A program made the position numbers and the translations under genes. A stretch of DNA of 64,000 bases from Candidatus Zixiibacteriota bacterium (lineage in GTDB: Bacteria > RBG-13-66-14 > B26-G2 > WVWN01), in assembly GCA_050117845.1 (NCBI GenBank), contig JASFLY010000002.1:32001-96000 (forward strand). Direction: 5' to 3'. This document shows positions 18,440-26,780 of the stretch, one piece after another. Position 1 is the stretch's first letter. Each line of letters opens with the position of its first letter. The notes beneath the pieces were generated by a model, which saw only the letters and a list, made by a program, of their open reading frames with translations, ran no database searches and was not told where the DNA came from.

Positions 18440-19318
18440 ATGCGGGTCAGATTGATCGTAATGCTAGCGGCGTTGGCCGCCGTCCCGGCTTTATCCACGT
18501 ACCTCTACCAACCGGACCACGAGTACACCGACGAGGAGGTGGCCGGCCTCAACTGGTTCGAGCTTAAGCTCCTGGCCACCGAGCCCTACGCCCGGCAGGG
18601 CCAGGTCTTCGACTCGGATTGGTTAATGGCGTACTACCTCCTCGCCGTCGACTGGTACGCCCCTATCCACGGCTCGAGCGAACACATCGCCGCCGCCATG
18701 GAGTTCACGGCGGGGGAGGAGGCCGACGTGGCCCGCTTCGACGAGGCCGCCGCCGGCCTGGAGGCCACGTACGACGGCTGTTGGCCCCTCGAGGACCTGA
18801 GCGGCATGGAGGTCCGGCACTACCGCGCGATGACCTCGGCTCAACACGTCAACCTCGACCTGCCGGCCTCATTCTACGAACTGGGCGAGGGCGACGGCGT
18901 TTCGATATGGTCCTCGCCGGCGTTCGCGGCCGAGGACTTGATAACGACGGGCCGCACCGACGCCGATCCATATTACCGCGTTCACGTCAGGCCTGGCGGG
19001 ACGATAGCCGCCGTCGAGGCGCTGGCCCGGGGCTACGCGGGCGACTACGTCCTGTGGGAGGCGCGCTTCGACCAGGCCGGCGCGCTGCGCCTCTTCCACC
19101 CGGTACGTAGACACGGCGGCTGTTCGAGCCGCGTCGCGATTGCGGCGTTCGCTGGCGGCCCGGAGGATACGAGGCCGCGCTGCCTGATATCCGGCGGCTT
19201 ATGGGGTATCGAGATGGAGGTCCGGGGCGGCCCGTACGCCGAGTTGCCCTTCCGGGTAACGCTGTACGACCGGGAACACGACGGCCCGGAGGTCTACGGG
19301 AAACTGGTCGGCGATTAA
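18440..19318 (+). CDS. YARHG-domain exported protein
   Basis: Signal peptide; ELKLLATEPYARQGQVFDSDWLMAYY...DWY.P matches the YARHG pattern. Confidence 0.7.
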   Translation: MRVRLIVMLAALAAVPALSTYLYQPDHEYTDEEVAGLNWFELKLLATEPYARQGQVFDSDWLMAYYLLAVDWYAPIHGSSEHIAAAMEFTAGEEADVARFDEAAAGLEATYDGCWPLEDLSGMEVRHYRAMTSAQHVNLDLPASFYELGEGDGVSIWSSPAFAAEDLITTGRTDADPYYRVHVRPGGTIAAVEALARGYAGDYVLWEARFDQAGALRLFHPVRRHGGCSSRVAIAAFAGGPEDTRPRCLISGGLWGIEMEVRGGPYAELPFRVTLYDREHDGPEVYGKLVGD

Positions 19319-19343
19319 TCCCCGGTGCTGATATCCGATAAAG

Positions 19344-19377
19344 AAAACCCCGCCTCCGAAGAGGCGGGGATTATTTT
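19344..19377. terminator. Bidirectional terminator between convergent genes
   Basis: AAAA-CCCCGCCTC-cgaa-GAGGCGGGG-ATTATTTT. Confidence 0.8.
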
Positions 19378-19403
19378 GCGCTTCGAACCCGGAGCCGGGG
19401 CCG

Positions 19404-19823
19404 TTAATACTCGTAGACGATGATGCCCTCCTCGTCCGGCTGATACCAAACGAACGGCGCGGAGGCACCCCAGGGAGTGGCGCCGTCAAAACCAAGTACG
19501 ATCAAAACGGTGCCGTCCCACGGCGGGACCACGTACGGGACTCTTCCACATTCGTAGTAGCCGTCGCCGAGTACACGGTCCTCATGAGAAACGTCCGAAT
19601 AGAAACTATAGCTGGGGTCTTCTTCTCCGTATACGTAGACTTTACAGGTTATGCCGTTTACTTCGTCGCTGGACGAGTCCACGCAGAAACCCGATACGTG
19701 GCCGTAAAGGCTGGCCCCCGACGCCGTCGGCTTCGGGCTGACCGTTCCTTCCTCGGAAGAGCAAGCGCAAAGGAGCAACGCCGCCGCCGACAACGCGATT
19801 GTTAGTACTATTACCCTTCTCAC
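19404..19823 (-). CDS. 139-aa Cys-rich lipoprotein, tandem copy 4
   Basis: LLCAC lipobox; paralogous to three upstream genes; GTG start after SD AGGAGG. Confidence 0.8.
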   Translation of the reverse strand: MRRVIVLTIALSAAALLLCACSSEEGTVSPKPTASGASLYGHVSGFCVDSSSDEVNGITCKVYVYGEEDPSYSFYSDVSHEDRVLGDGYYECGRVPYVVPPWDGTVLIVLGFDGATPWGASAPFVWYQPDEEGIIVYEY

Positions 19824-19900
19824 CTTCTGCCTCCTTCTGCCTTTAAGATTGGTTAAATACCCTCGAAACGTTATTACCTTCCGCCCTTGGGCCGGAGCCG

Positions 19901-20320
19901 CTAATTCTCGTATACGATGATACCCTCCTCATCCGGTTGGTACCATGCGAACGGCGCGGAGGCGCCCCACTCGTCTTCGCCGTCGAACCCTTTTACGACT
20001 AAATAGGTGCCGTCCCACGGCGGGACCACGTACGGTATCCTCCCGCATTCGTAAGAACCTGCGCCGTATACGGGATCCGTATCGGATTTACAGTCGTAGA
20101 AACTGAAGCTGGGGTTACCGGTTGAGTAAACGTAGACTTCGCAGTTAATGCCGTCCACTTTCGCGTTGGACGAGTCCACGCAGAAACCCGATACGTGGCC
20201 GTAAAGGCTGGCCCCCGATCCCGTCGGCTTCGGGCTAACCGTACCCTCCTCTGACGAGCAAGCGCAAAGGAGCAACGCCGCGGCCGATACCATGAAAATA
20301 AGGAACGTTACGCGTTTCAT
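19901..20320 (-). CDS. 139-aa Cys-rich lipoprotein, tandem copy 3
   Basis: LLCACSSEEG, VSGxC, GxYxC, PPxDGT, WGxS. Confidence 0.8.
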   Translation of the reverse strand: MKRVTFLIFMVSAAALLLCACSSEEGTVSPKPTGSGASLYGHVSGFCVDSSNAKVDGINCEVYVYSTGNPSFSFYDCKSDTDPVYGAGSYECGRIPYVVPPWDGTYLVVKGFDGEDEWGASAPFAWYQPDEEGIIVYEN

Positions 20321-20397
20321 TCTCTACCTCCTTGTGAAATTTAAAAAGGTTAATACCCTCGCAACGGCCCACCCGCCGAAACTCGGCGACTCGGCCG

Positions 20398-20817
20398 CTA
20401 ATACTCGTTGACGACGATATTTGTCTCGTTCGGTTGAGTCCACGCGAACAGAGAAGATATCCCCCAGGCACCTTCGGCGGTATACCCGTATACGTATAAT
20501 ATCGTACCGTCCATCGGCGGAGCTAACTCCGGACATCTCTCGCACGCGTAATATCCGGTTCCGTAAGTACCGTCGGTATAGGAAACGCAGGGTTCGAAAG
20601 ATAAACAGGGCATGCCGGTGGCGTATACGTAGACCTCGCACGTTATACGGTTCGTCCCCTCGTTAATATTATTCAGGCAATTACCCGACACGCCTTCGGC
20701 GATATCGTCCTTCGACCCCGTAGGTTCGGGACTCAACGTCCCTTCCTCGGACGAGCAGGCGCAGAGGAGCAACGCCGCCGCCGACAGCACGGTAATAAGG
20801 AACGTTACGCGTTTCAT
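20398..20817 (-). CDS. 139-aa Cys-rich lipoprotein, tandem copy 2
   Basis: Same motifs as the neighbouring copies; SD AAGGAGGT. Confidence 0.8.
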   Translation of the reverse strand: MKRVTFLITVLSAAALLLCACSSEEGTLSPEPTGSKDDIAEGVSGNCLNNINEGTNRITCEVYVYATGMPCLSFEPCVSYTDGTYGTGYYACERCPELAPPMDGTILYVYGYTAEGAWGISSLFAWTQPNETNIVVNEY

Positions 20818-20894
20818 TCTCTACCTCCTTGTGAAATTTAAAAAGGTTAATACCCTCGCAACGGCCCACCCGCCGAAACTCAGCGGCTAGGCCG

Positions 20895-21314
20895 CTAATA
20901 CTCGTTGACTATTACGTTCGTCACGCTCGGGCTGTACCACTGGAACGCCGCGGACGAACCCCAGGTTGCGGTGTCCGGGTTCGACCCCTTCACAACGACC
21001 CACGTGCCGTCCGGCGGCGGCGCCATTTCCGGACTCAGCGGACACTCGTAATACCCGCCGCCGTAAACCGGGTGCGTATAAGAGACGCCGCTCAGGAAAT
21101 TAGGCATGGGAAGGCCCGTGAGCGGATTGCAGACCTTGCACGTTACGCCGTTGACGCTCCCGTCCTCGTTCATACAATACCCGGAGACGCCCGAGAACCG
21201 GTCATTTTCCGATGCCATAACCTTCGGGCTTACCGGCCCCTCGTCGGACGAGCAGGCGCATAAAAATAGCGCAACCATCGACAGCCCGATGACAAGCAAT
21301 GTTAGCCTTTTCAT
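20895..21314 (-). CDS. 139-aa Cys-rich lipoprotein, tandem copy 1
   Basis: Same motifs; first gene after the promoter. Confidence 0.8.
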   Translation of the reverse strand: MKRLTLLVIGLSMVALFLCACSSDEGPVSPKVMASENDRFSGVSGYCMNEDGSVNGVTCKVCNPLTGLPMPNFLSGVSYTHPVYGGGYYECPLSPEMAPPPDGTWVVVKGSNPDTATWGSSAAFQWYSPSVTNVIVNEY

Positions 21315-21366
21315 GCTTTACCCCCTGTTGATATGAATTATAGGTTAATTATTACGAGGCATTGCG

Positions 21367-21395
21367 CTTATAACATAGCGCTAATATCACGTCAA
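21367..21395 (-). promoter_or_regulatory. Sigma70-type extended -10 promoter for the lipoprotein array
   Basis: Minus strand TTGACG-17 bp-TATAAG with TG upstream of the -10, in an AT-rich intergenic region. Confidence 0.6.
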
Positions 21396-21522
21396 CAGTT
21401 ATTTCATGCTAGTCTATAAAGATTAATAATTAATTATAGCGGCATTAGTGTCTTATATGTTTGATATTACTGTACATATAGTCAATGTTTCCGTCAACGT
21501 ATCTCCGTCGATATAAATAAAT

Positions 21523-21554
21523 AAAAGAAACCCCCGCCTGGCTAAGGCGGGGGT
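21523..21554 (-). terminator. Terminator downstream of the DUF4349 gene
   Basis: ACCCCCGCCT-loop-AGGCGGGGGT with an A run on the + strand (T run on the - strand). Confidence 0.75.
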
Positions 21555-21597
21555 CCGCGTACGGATTACGTCGTTTATCCGTTGGGTTTGTCGGCGA

Positions 21598-22728
21598 CTA
21601 CTCCTTCTTATCGCTGGTGCGGCCGAACAAACGGGCACCTACTTCCCGACGCCGCGCCCACAAGTACCCGCGACGGCCGGCCAGAACGACCAGGAAGGCG
21701 GTCAGCGCCAGCGGGACCGCGACGATCGCTACTTGTACGAGGAAAAGGACGATGCCGAATAGCGCACCCACGGCCTCGGCCAACGCGGCGAAAACCTGCT
21801 GGAAGATGGAGGGTTTATCTTCCTTCCCGGCCGGCGCCTTCTCCGTCGGCTTATGGAGCGTGATGTATATCGTGCTGTATGCCGCGCGGTTTTGAAGATA
21901 GAGGATCTTCCCGGCCAATCTCTCCATCTCTTCCGTCGTATTATTTATCTCCCGCTGGAGTGCAACGACGTCTTCGAGTTTTCCGGTCCGCGTGTTCAAT
22001 ATCTCGATAAAGCGATCGCGTGCCTCCAACTGGTTGTCGAGCCGCATCTGCAGGTCAACGTATTCCTCGGTTACGTCCTCGGCCTCAACCAGCAATTCCA
22101 CGACGTCGCCGATTTCCTGAGCCGAACTCATTGCGGCGTCGAAGCGGCCCGCCGGTACTCGAACGGCTACCGTGCAATTATCTTCGTCCTCGTACTTGCG
22201 CCGCTCGACCTTGACGAGCTCGCCGTCGTAGGCCGCGACTACCTCGTGTACTCTTTCCAAACCATCGTCAACGTCGTCCACGTGAATTAGCAGCGTGCCG
22301 GTCTTAATGATGGCGCGCTTCTTTAACAGGTCTCCCGTACTACGGCTGTCGGCTATCTCGTCCGCCAGCGAGTCGAGGTCGCTGCCGGGGCTCCCTATGT
22401 CCGCGACGACGCCTCTACCGCCGCCGAGGCCCGGGCCACGTAGGCCGGCGATACCGCCGACGCCACCGCCCAGGCCCATACCGCCGCCACCACGGGCGTA
22501 ATAACCTTTCGAACCGTCCCGACTGGACGGCGCCCTGCTAACATCGCCGCCGCGCTCCTCTTCCAGGCCTAATTCGTCCATCACTTTCTCTTCGGCCGTC
22601 TTTTCCTTCCCGCCACAACCCCCAAGTGCACCGAAAAGGAAAAAACCGGCCAGGAGCGCGCGGGGCCATAGCCGCGGCCGCAGCCGGAATTGCCGTACGG
22701 GTGATGCCGTACAATATATCGGGCTCAT
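21598..22728 (-). CDS. DUF4349-domain lipoprotein with Gly-rich linker and C-terminal membrane helix
   Basis: IIKTGTLLIHVDDV, VRVPAGRFD, EDVTEEYVDL..RL, YLQNRAAYSTI; ALGGC lipobox. Confidence 0.85.
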   Translation of the reverse strand: MSPIYCTASPVRQFRLRPRLWPRALLAGFFLFGALGGCGGKEKTAEEKVMDELGLEEERGGDVSRAPSSRDGSKGYYARGGGGMGLGGGVGGIAGLRGPGLGGGRGVVADIGSPGSDLDSLADEIADSRSTGDLLKKRAIIKTGTLLIHVDDVDDGLERVHEVVAAYDGELVKVERRKYEDEDNCTVAVRVPAGRFDAAMSSAQEIGDVVELLVEAEDVTEEYVDLQMRLDNQLEARDRFIEILNTRTGKLEDVVALQREINNTTEEMERLAGKILYLQNRAAYSTIYITLHKPTEKAPAGKEDKPSIFQQVFAALAEAVGALFGIVLFLVQVAIVAVPLALTAFLVVLAGRRGYLWARRREVGARLFGRTSDKKE

Positions 22729-22842
22729 ACCTCCTCCTTTCTTTATCGTTTAACCCGTACGCATTTAAATTTTACCCGATTGCACCGCCCGGGTTAAATG
22801 GCGGCCCGCCGGCAGGACCCGGTCCCCGGCCTCGACGAATAT

Positions 22843-22872
22843 TAAAACCCCGCCTCGGCCGAAGCGGGGTTG
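22843..22872 (-). terminator. Terminator hairpin
   Basis: AAAACCCCGC-loop-GCGGGGTT. Confidence 0.65.
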
Positions 22873-22896
22873 TTCTCGTTTCGGGACGGGACCCGA

Positions 22897-23247
22897 TTAC
22901 TGGTAAAGACGGAACTCGGCCACCCGGCCGTCGCGCACGCGCGTGGTCCAGACGCAGGTGCTGCGCCGTTCCGCGGCCGGGTCGTTGCACGAACCCTGGG
23001 TCGTTCCGACGATGGCCACGCCGTCACCCGACACCGCCATCGCTTCCACCAGTATTTTGAAGTCCGGCCTTTCGCGGAAGTATTCGGCGTACGCTTCCCG
23101 GGCCACGTCGCGGCCGGCGAGTTCGGCGCCGACGGCGTTTACGAACGTATGGTCGTCGGTCATGAGAGCGGCGAGGCCGTCGGCGTCGCCGGCGTTGATG
23201 CGCTCGAGAAACATCTGCGTAACTTCTTTCGATTTGCCGTCGTCCAT
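22897..23247 (-). CDS. NTF2/SnoaL-like protein
   Basis: FLERINAGDADGLAALMTDDHTFV, GR...., RVRDGRVAEFRLY. Confidence 0.85.
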   Translation of the reverse strand: MDDGKSKEVTQMFLERINAGDADGLAALMTDDHTFVNAVGAELAGRDVAREAYAEYFRERPDFKILVEAMAVSGDGVAIVGTTQGSCNDPAAERRSTCVWTTRVRDGRVAEFRLYQ

Positions 23248-23335
23248 ATTTAATACCTCCGGCCGGGATATCGAAGTTTCGGTAGTTAATTAATGCGTTA
23301 ACGGGGCGGCCGCGACCCGGGGCCGTGCCGCGCGC

Positions 23336-24271
23336 CTACGCGGCCTTGCCGGCGTCCAGGTCGACCTTCTCGTCCACCCGGTTCTCGATGATCTTGCGGC
23401 CCAGCTCCTCGCCGAGTTCGGTGAGTACCGGGATGCTCGAGGCGTCGTCCATGGGGATGGCGTACGGCAGATCCATCTGGAAGCGGCGGAAGTCGAGCCC
23501 CGGGAAGAAGTCCCGCACCAACCGCACCTGCTGGTCGCTGGCGTCGGAGATGAAGGTGTCGATGGTGAAGGGGGCCCAGTCGAGCGCGTTGAACTTGTCG
23601 GCCTCGTGGGGCTTGAGGCCCTCGGGGTAGCGGCCGGTGCCGATGCTTATGAGCGTCGTCTCCTCGGCGGACCATTCCAGGCACCTCGTCGCCTCGTACG
23701 CGGCGAGGTAGCACGGGTTGCAGTAGGACCCGACGCCGCCGTCTACGTAGCGGCCGTCCACCACGGGCATATAGGTCGGCGCCGACGAACTGCAGAGTAC
23801 GGCGTACCAGACCGGCCAATCCCGGTAATTTTCCTTCCAGGGTTTCACGAAGCGCGTTTTATTCAATACCAGGTCATGCGTCGTTATCACGACGTCGGTC
23901 CGCGGGTCCCGGTCCCAGAGGTCCCCCATCGTGGCCTCGCCGACGTACTTCCGCAGGGCCTTGCGGAAGAAATCGTTCGGGTACATATAGTGGACGAAGT
24001 ACTTGAAGGGGAAGAAACAGCGCCAGCTTTTCTTGAAGATATTGTACCCCAGTTCCTCGTAGACGCCGTGGATACTCTCGGCCGTCATACCGGCCGCCAT
24101 GGCCCCGGCTATGATGCTGCCGGTAGACGTGCCCGCCGTCAGGCGGACCCGCTCGTGCAGCGGCGCCGGCAACGTTTCCTCCACGACAGCCAGCGCCTTC
24201 GCGACCATCGTCCCCCTGATGCCGCCGCCGTCGATGGCGAGCGCGACGTTCTTACGAAACGGCTCTTTCAT
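23336..24271 (-). CDS. Patatin-like phospholipase
   Basis: DGGGIRG, GTSTG nucleophile elbow, SSSAPTY, DGG, ISIGTG. Confidence 0.92.
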   Translation of the reverse strand: MKEPFRKNVALAIDGGGIRGTMVAKALAVVEETLPAPLHERVRLTAGTSTGSIIAGAMAAGMTAESIHGVYEELGYNIFKKSWRCFFPFKYFVHYMYPNDFFRKALRKYVGEATMGDLWDRDPRTDVVITTHDLVLNKTRFVKPWKENYRDWPVWYAVLCSSSAPTYMPVVDGRYVDGGVGSYCNPCYLAAYEATRCLEWSAEETTLISIGTGRYPEGLKPHEADKFNALDWAPFTIDTFISDASDQQVRLVRDFFPGLDFRRFQMDLPYAIPMDDASSIPVLTELGEELGRKIIENRVDEKVDLDAGKAA

Positions 24272-24449
24272 AACCCGCCTCCAATACGGTTAATTTTAAC
24301 CCTTTGTCCCGTCCGTTAAAGCCAATTACGACAACCGCCGGCAATGTTATTACAAGGTGCCCGTCGGGTCAACGTTAATCGAAATAAATCTTTAATAAAT
24401 AAAACCCGCCTCGGAGCGGCGGGATGGGGTTATTAATAACGCGGGCGTA

Positions 24450-24839
24450 CTACTTATATTTATCAAGGAACAGGCGAACCGAGCCGTACCCGACCAGCGC
24501 CAGCGCGGCCGTGACGAACCCCGAGGGCGCGGCTATGCATATTTGCGCCATGCCCGCCGCGGCGAGGGCGGCGCGGGCCAGCGGCGAAGCCCGGCCGCCG
24601 GCGAGGAAGGTGCCGACGCCGATGAACGAACCGCCCAAAGCGACGACCCACCCCAGCGCCGCGACGGCGAATACCGCGATCGTCCAGCCCTGCATAGCCC
24701 GGCCGTTCGGCCGGCTCCGCCCCACCGCAAGCGCCAGCACGAAACCCGCCAGCACGACGAGTACGGCGAGTACGAAGGAGGCGACGGCCACCGTTCCCAC
24801 CGGCCCGGCCAACTTCACCAATTGGGGATACAGGCCCAT
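24450..24839 (-). CDS. Hypothetical membrane protein (about 3 TM helices)
   Basis: Three long hydrophobic segments; followed by a hairpin at 24401-24423. Confidence 0.55.
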   Translation of the reverse strand: MGLYPQLVKLAGPVGTVAVASFVLAVLVVLAGFVLALAVGRSRPNGRAMQGWTIAVFAVAALGWVVALGGSFIGVGTFLAGGRASPLARAALAAAGMAQICIAAPSGFVTAALALVGYGSVRLFLDKYK

Positions 24840-24962
24840 ACCGCCGCAACCGTAACATACGGCCGCGGCGGCGACAAGGGCCGGGGCCCGGAAATTCCCC
24901 CTTGCGCAATGACGCCGGCAACCGTATTATACTGCAATCCGCACGTCAGCCAGGAGGCCCCG

Positions 24963-25271
24963 ATGGTTATCGAAATAACGATATATAAGGTGAAACCCGG
25001 CCGGGAGGCCCAGGCGCTCGCGCTCCTCGAAGACCAGGCCGTTCTCAAGCGGCGCCAGGAGGGTTGCCGCGACGCCCGCGTCCTTTCGGCCTCGCGTTCC
25101 GTCGCCAGCCCCTCCACCGACCCGGAACTCATCCTCAGCCTCGCCGAGTTCGACGGCGCCGCGAGTTACGCCGCCTACCGCGAGGTCGCGGACGAGGAGG
25201 AGAAGCAGGCCGGGAAGTCCACCCTCGCCGACGTCCAGGCCGCCCCTCCGACCGTCGGCATCTTCGAGTAG
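24963..25271 (+). CDS. Antibiotic biosynthesis monooxygenase (ABM)-like dimeric alpha/beta barrel protein
   Basis: SD CAGGAGG before ATG 24963; IYKVKPGRE...RQEGC....V...D....L....FD. Confidence 0.7.
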   Translation: MVIEITIYKVKPGREAQALALLEDQAVLKRRQEGCRDARVLSASRSVASPSTDPELILSLAEFDGAASYAAYREVADEEEKQAGKSTLADVQAAPPTVGIFE

Positions 25272-25344
25272 GGCCGCGCTTAAGCCCTCGGCTTTCCGCC
25301 CGGGCTCACGTCCGCGACGGCGGGCCGTGATTCCTACCCCTAAC

Positions 25345-25373
25345 AAAAAGCCCGCCTATACGGCGGGTTCTTT
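25345..25373. terminator. Bidirectional terminator
   Basis: AAAAAG-CCCGCC-tatac-GGCGGG-TTCTTT between convergent genes. Confidence 0.75.
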
Positions 25374-25390
25374 CATTTACGGAAACGTAT

Positions 25391-25636
25391 TTAAACACGG
25401 CTAGCGGCCCGGTAGAACTCCTTCTTCGTTATACCGGATTGCCGTAATATCGCCTTTAGTACTTCCCCTCGCGGGCTGAACTCATCGTAGAAAGGAACGG
25501 TGACCAACCGTCTCCGGCCGCGGAAATTGGGGTGTCCGTATTGGGCGTGGTCGCCTTTTTCACGGTCGAATCTAAAACCGTAGTTTTCCGGGACCTTAAT
25601 TACCACTCTCCTCTTAAGAGGATGATACCTCGGCAA
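25391..25636 (-). CDS. hicA: Type II toxin, HicA family
   Basis: YGFRFDREKGDHAQY (catalytic His), VTVP, LKAILRQSGI. Confidence 0.85.
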   Translation of the reverse strand: MPRYHPLKRRVVIKVPENYGFRFDREKGDHAQYGHPNFRGRRRLVTVPFYDEFSPRGEVLKAILRQSGITKKEFYRAASRV

Positions 25637-25946
25637 AAAGTGGTTCCCTCCTGTATCCCTCGGGATCGAACTTTATATCGAACAATAACCCTCTAACCAG
25701 CTTGCGCGTTTTAATAGAAGTATATATTAACCAATACTTGACGGGCGCCTTCCGAGGGAACATCTCATCCTCCGCACCATTTTCGACCATGTAAGACATA
25801 TAGGACATCACTTGGGATTCTATTTGAGCGCGGGCCTCGTCGGCCAAATCGGCCTCGGCGAACAAAGATAAATCGAGGCAAACGCCCACGAAGCGTTTGC
25901 CCTTCGGATAAACGATACACCTTAGGTTATATTTCCCGCTTGCCAC
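25614..25946 (-). CDS. HicB-like antitoxin
   Basis: FVGVCLDLSLFAEAD..DEARAQI partial RNase H-fold pattern; overlaps the hicA start; SD GAGGAGG. Confidence 0.7.
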   Translation of the reverse strand: MASGKYNLRCIVYPKGKRFVGVCLDLSLFAEADLADEARAQIESQVMSYMSYMVENGAEDEMFPRKAPVKYWLIYTSIKTRKLVRGLLFDIKFDPEGYRREPLFAEVSSS

Positions 25947-26017
25947 AAGGCCTCCTCATTAATTCTAGTTTATTGTACCCGAAAAAGCAAGGGGATTACC
26001 CATACTACTAACCCACA

Positions 26018-26779
26018 CTAGTAATTCGTAACGAAAAGCTCCCGCCGGGCCGAGGGCTCCCGCTTGCCCCCGGCCTCGACCTTGGCCGCGCAGTACGTCG
26101 GTTCCACTTCCTCGATATTATAATCCGAATATAACTCCCGCACTTCCGGGCGGTCGTTGTAGGAAACGAGCCACCGGCCTGAAAGGCCCGCCAGCGTGTC
26201 GCGCAGACGGCCGTGGTCGGCCGGCGTGAAGTCGCGGCCGTAGTAGCGCTCCGTCCCGACGTACGGCGGGTCGAGGTAAAAGACGGTATCCGGGCCGTCG
26301 TAACGGCGGAGGCAATCGGCGAAGTCCAGATTCTCCACCGTGACCCTGTTCAGCCGGCCCGCCCACGCCCGGAAGTCGTTTCGCATGGAGTACCGGCCCG
26401 CGTACTTCCGGCCGGCGCTGAACCCGCAACCCAACTGCCCCGAAAACGCGTTCTTCACAAGGTAGTAGTACACGGCCGCGGCCTCCACCGGGTCCTTAGG
26501 AAACGGCGCCCGCGAAAACTCGCGGTACAACTCCCGGGATTTCGGGAGGTACTCGAGCGCCCGGGCCAACTTGTCGGGGGTGTCGCGGACGACGCGGTAG
26601 AGGTTCACCAGCCGGCCGTCGAGGTCATTCAATATCTCCACGGGCGCGGCGTTGCGCGCGAAGAGGACCCACGCCGCGCCGGCGAAGACCTCCACATAGC
26701 AGTTCGCGGCGGGCAAGCGGCCGTCTATAGCCCGCGCCAGCCGCGACTTCCCTCCCATATAATTCAGAAAAGACCGCAT
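26018..26779 (-). CDS. DNA adenine methyltransferase, D12/Dam class
   Basis: YMGGKSRLA, YVEVFAGAAWV, NDLD..LVNLY, FYLDPPY, WLVSYND, ELFVTNY. Confidence 0.93.
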   Translation of the reverse strand: MRSFLNYMGGKSRLARAIDGRLPAANCYVEVFAGAAWVLFARNAAPVEILNDLDGRLVNLYRVVRDTPDKLARALEYLPKSRELYREFSRAPFPKDPVEAAAVYYYLVKNAFSGQLGCGFSAGRKYAGRYSMRNDFRAWAGRLNRVTVENLDFADCLRRYDGPDTVFYLDPPYVGTERYYGRDFTPADHGRLRDTLAGLSGRWLVSYNDRPEVRELYSDYNIEEVEPTYCAAKVEAGGKREPSARRELFVTNY

Positions 26780-26780
26780 C

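Larger units (their letters stand above)
19404..21314. repeat. Tandem gene array with exact 497-bp period (420-bp gene + 77-bp spacer)
   Basis: Stop codons at 19404, 19901, 20398 and 20895; 88-bp identical tract 20297-20384 = 20794-20881. Confidence 0.95.

Noticed and set aside
20331..20348. Rex operator in the lipoprotein spacer (TTGTGAAAT...)
   Set aside because: Only one half-site is present; the TTCACAA arm is missing.
10461..21314. Diversity-generating retroelement acting on either paralogue array
   Set aside because: No reverse transcriptase is in the window, and the gene 2 versus gene 4 differences I compared near the C-terminus include many non-adenine changes.
19404..21314. Integron cassette array or CRISPR array
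   Set aside because: Spacers lack attC-type RYYYAAC/GTTRRRY ends, no integrase or cas genes are present, and the repeated units are whole paralogous genes.
23336..24271. CBASS (CapV) effector role for the patatin
   Set aside because: No CD-NTase or other CBASS genes are nearby.
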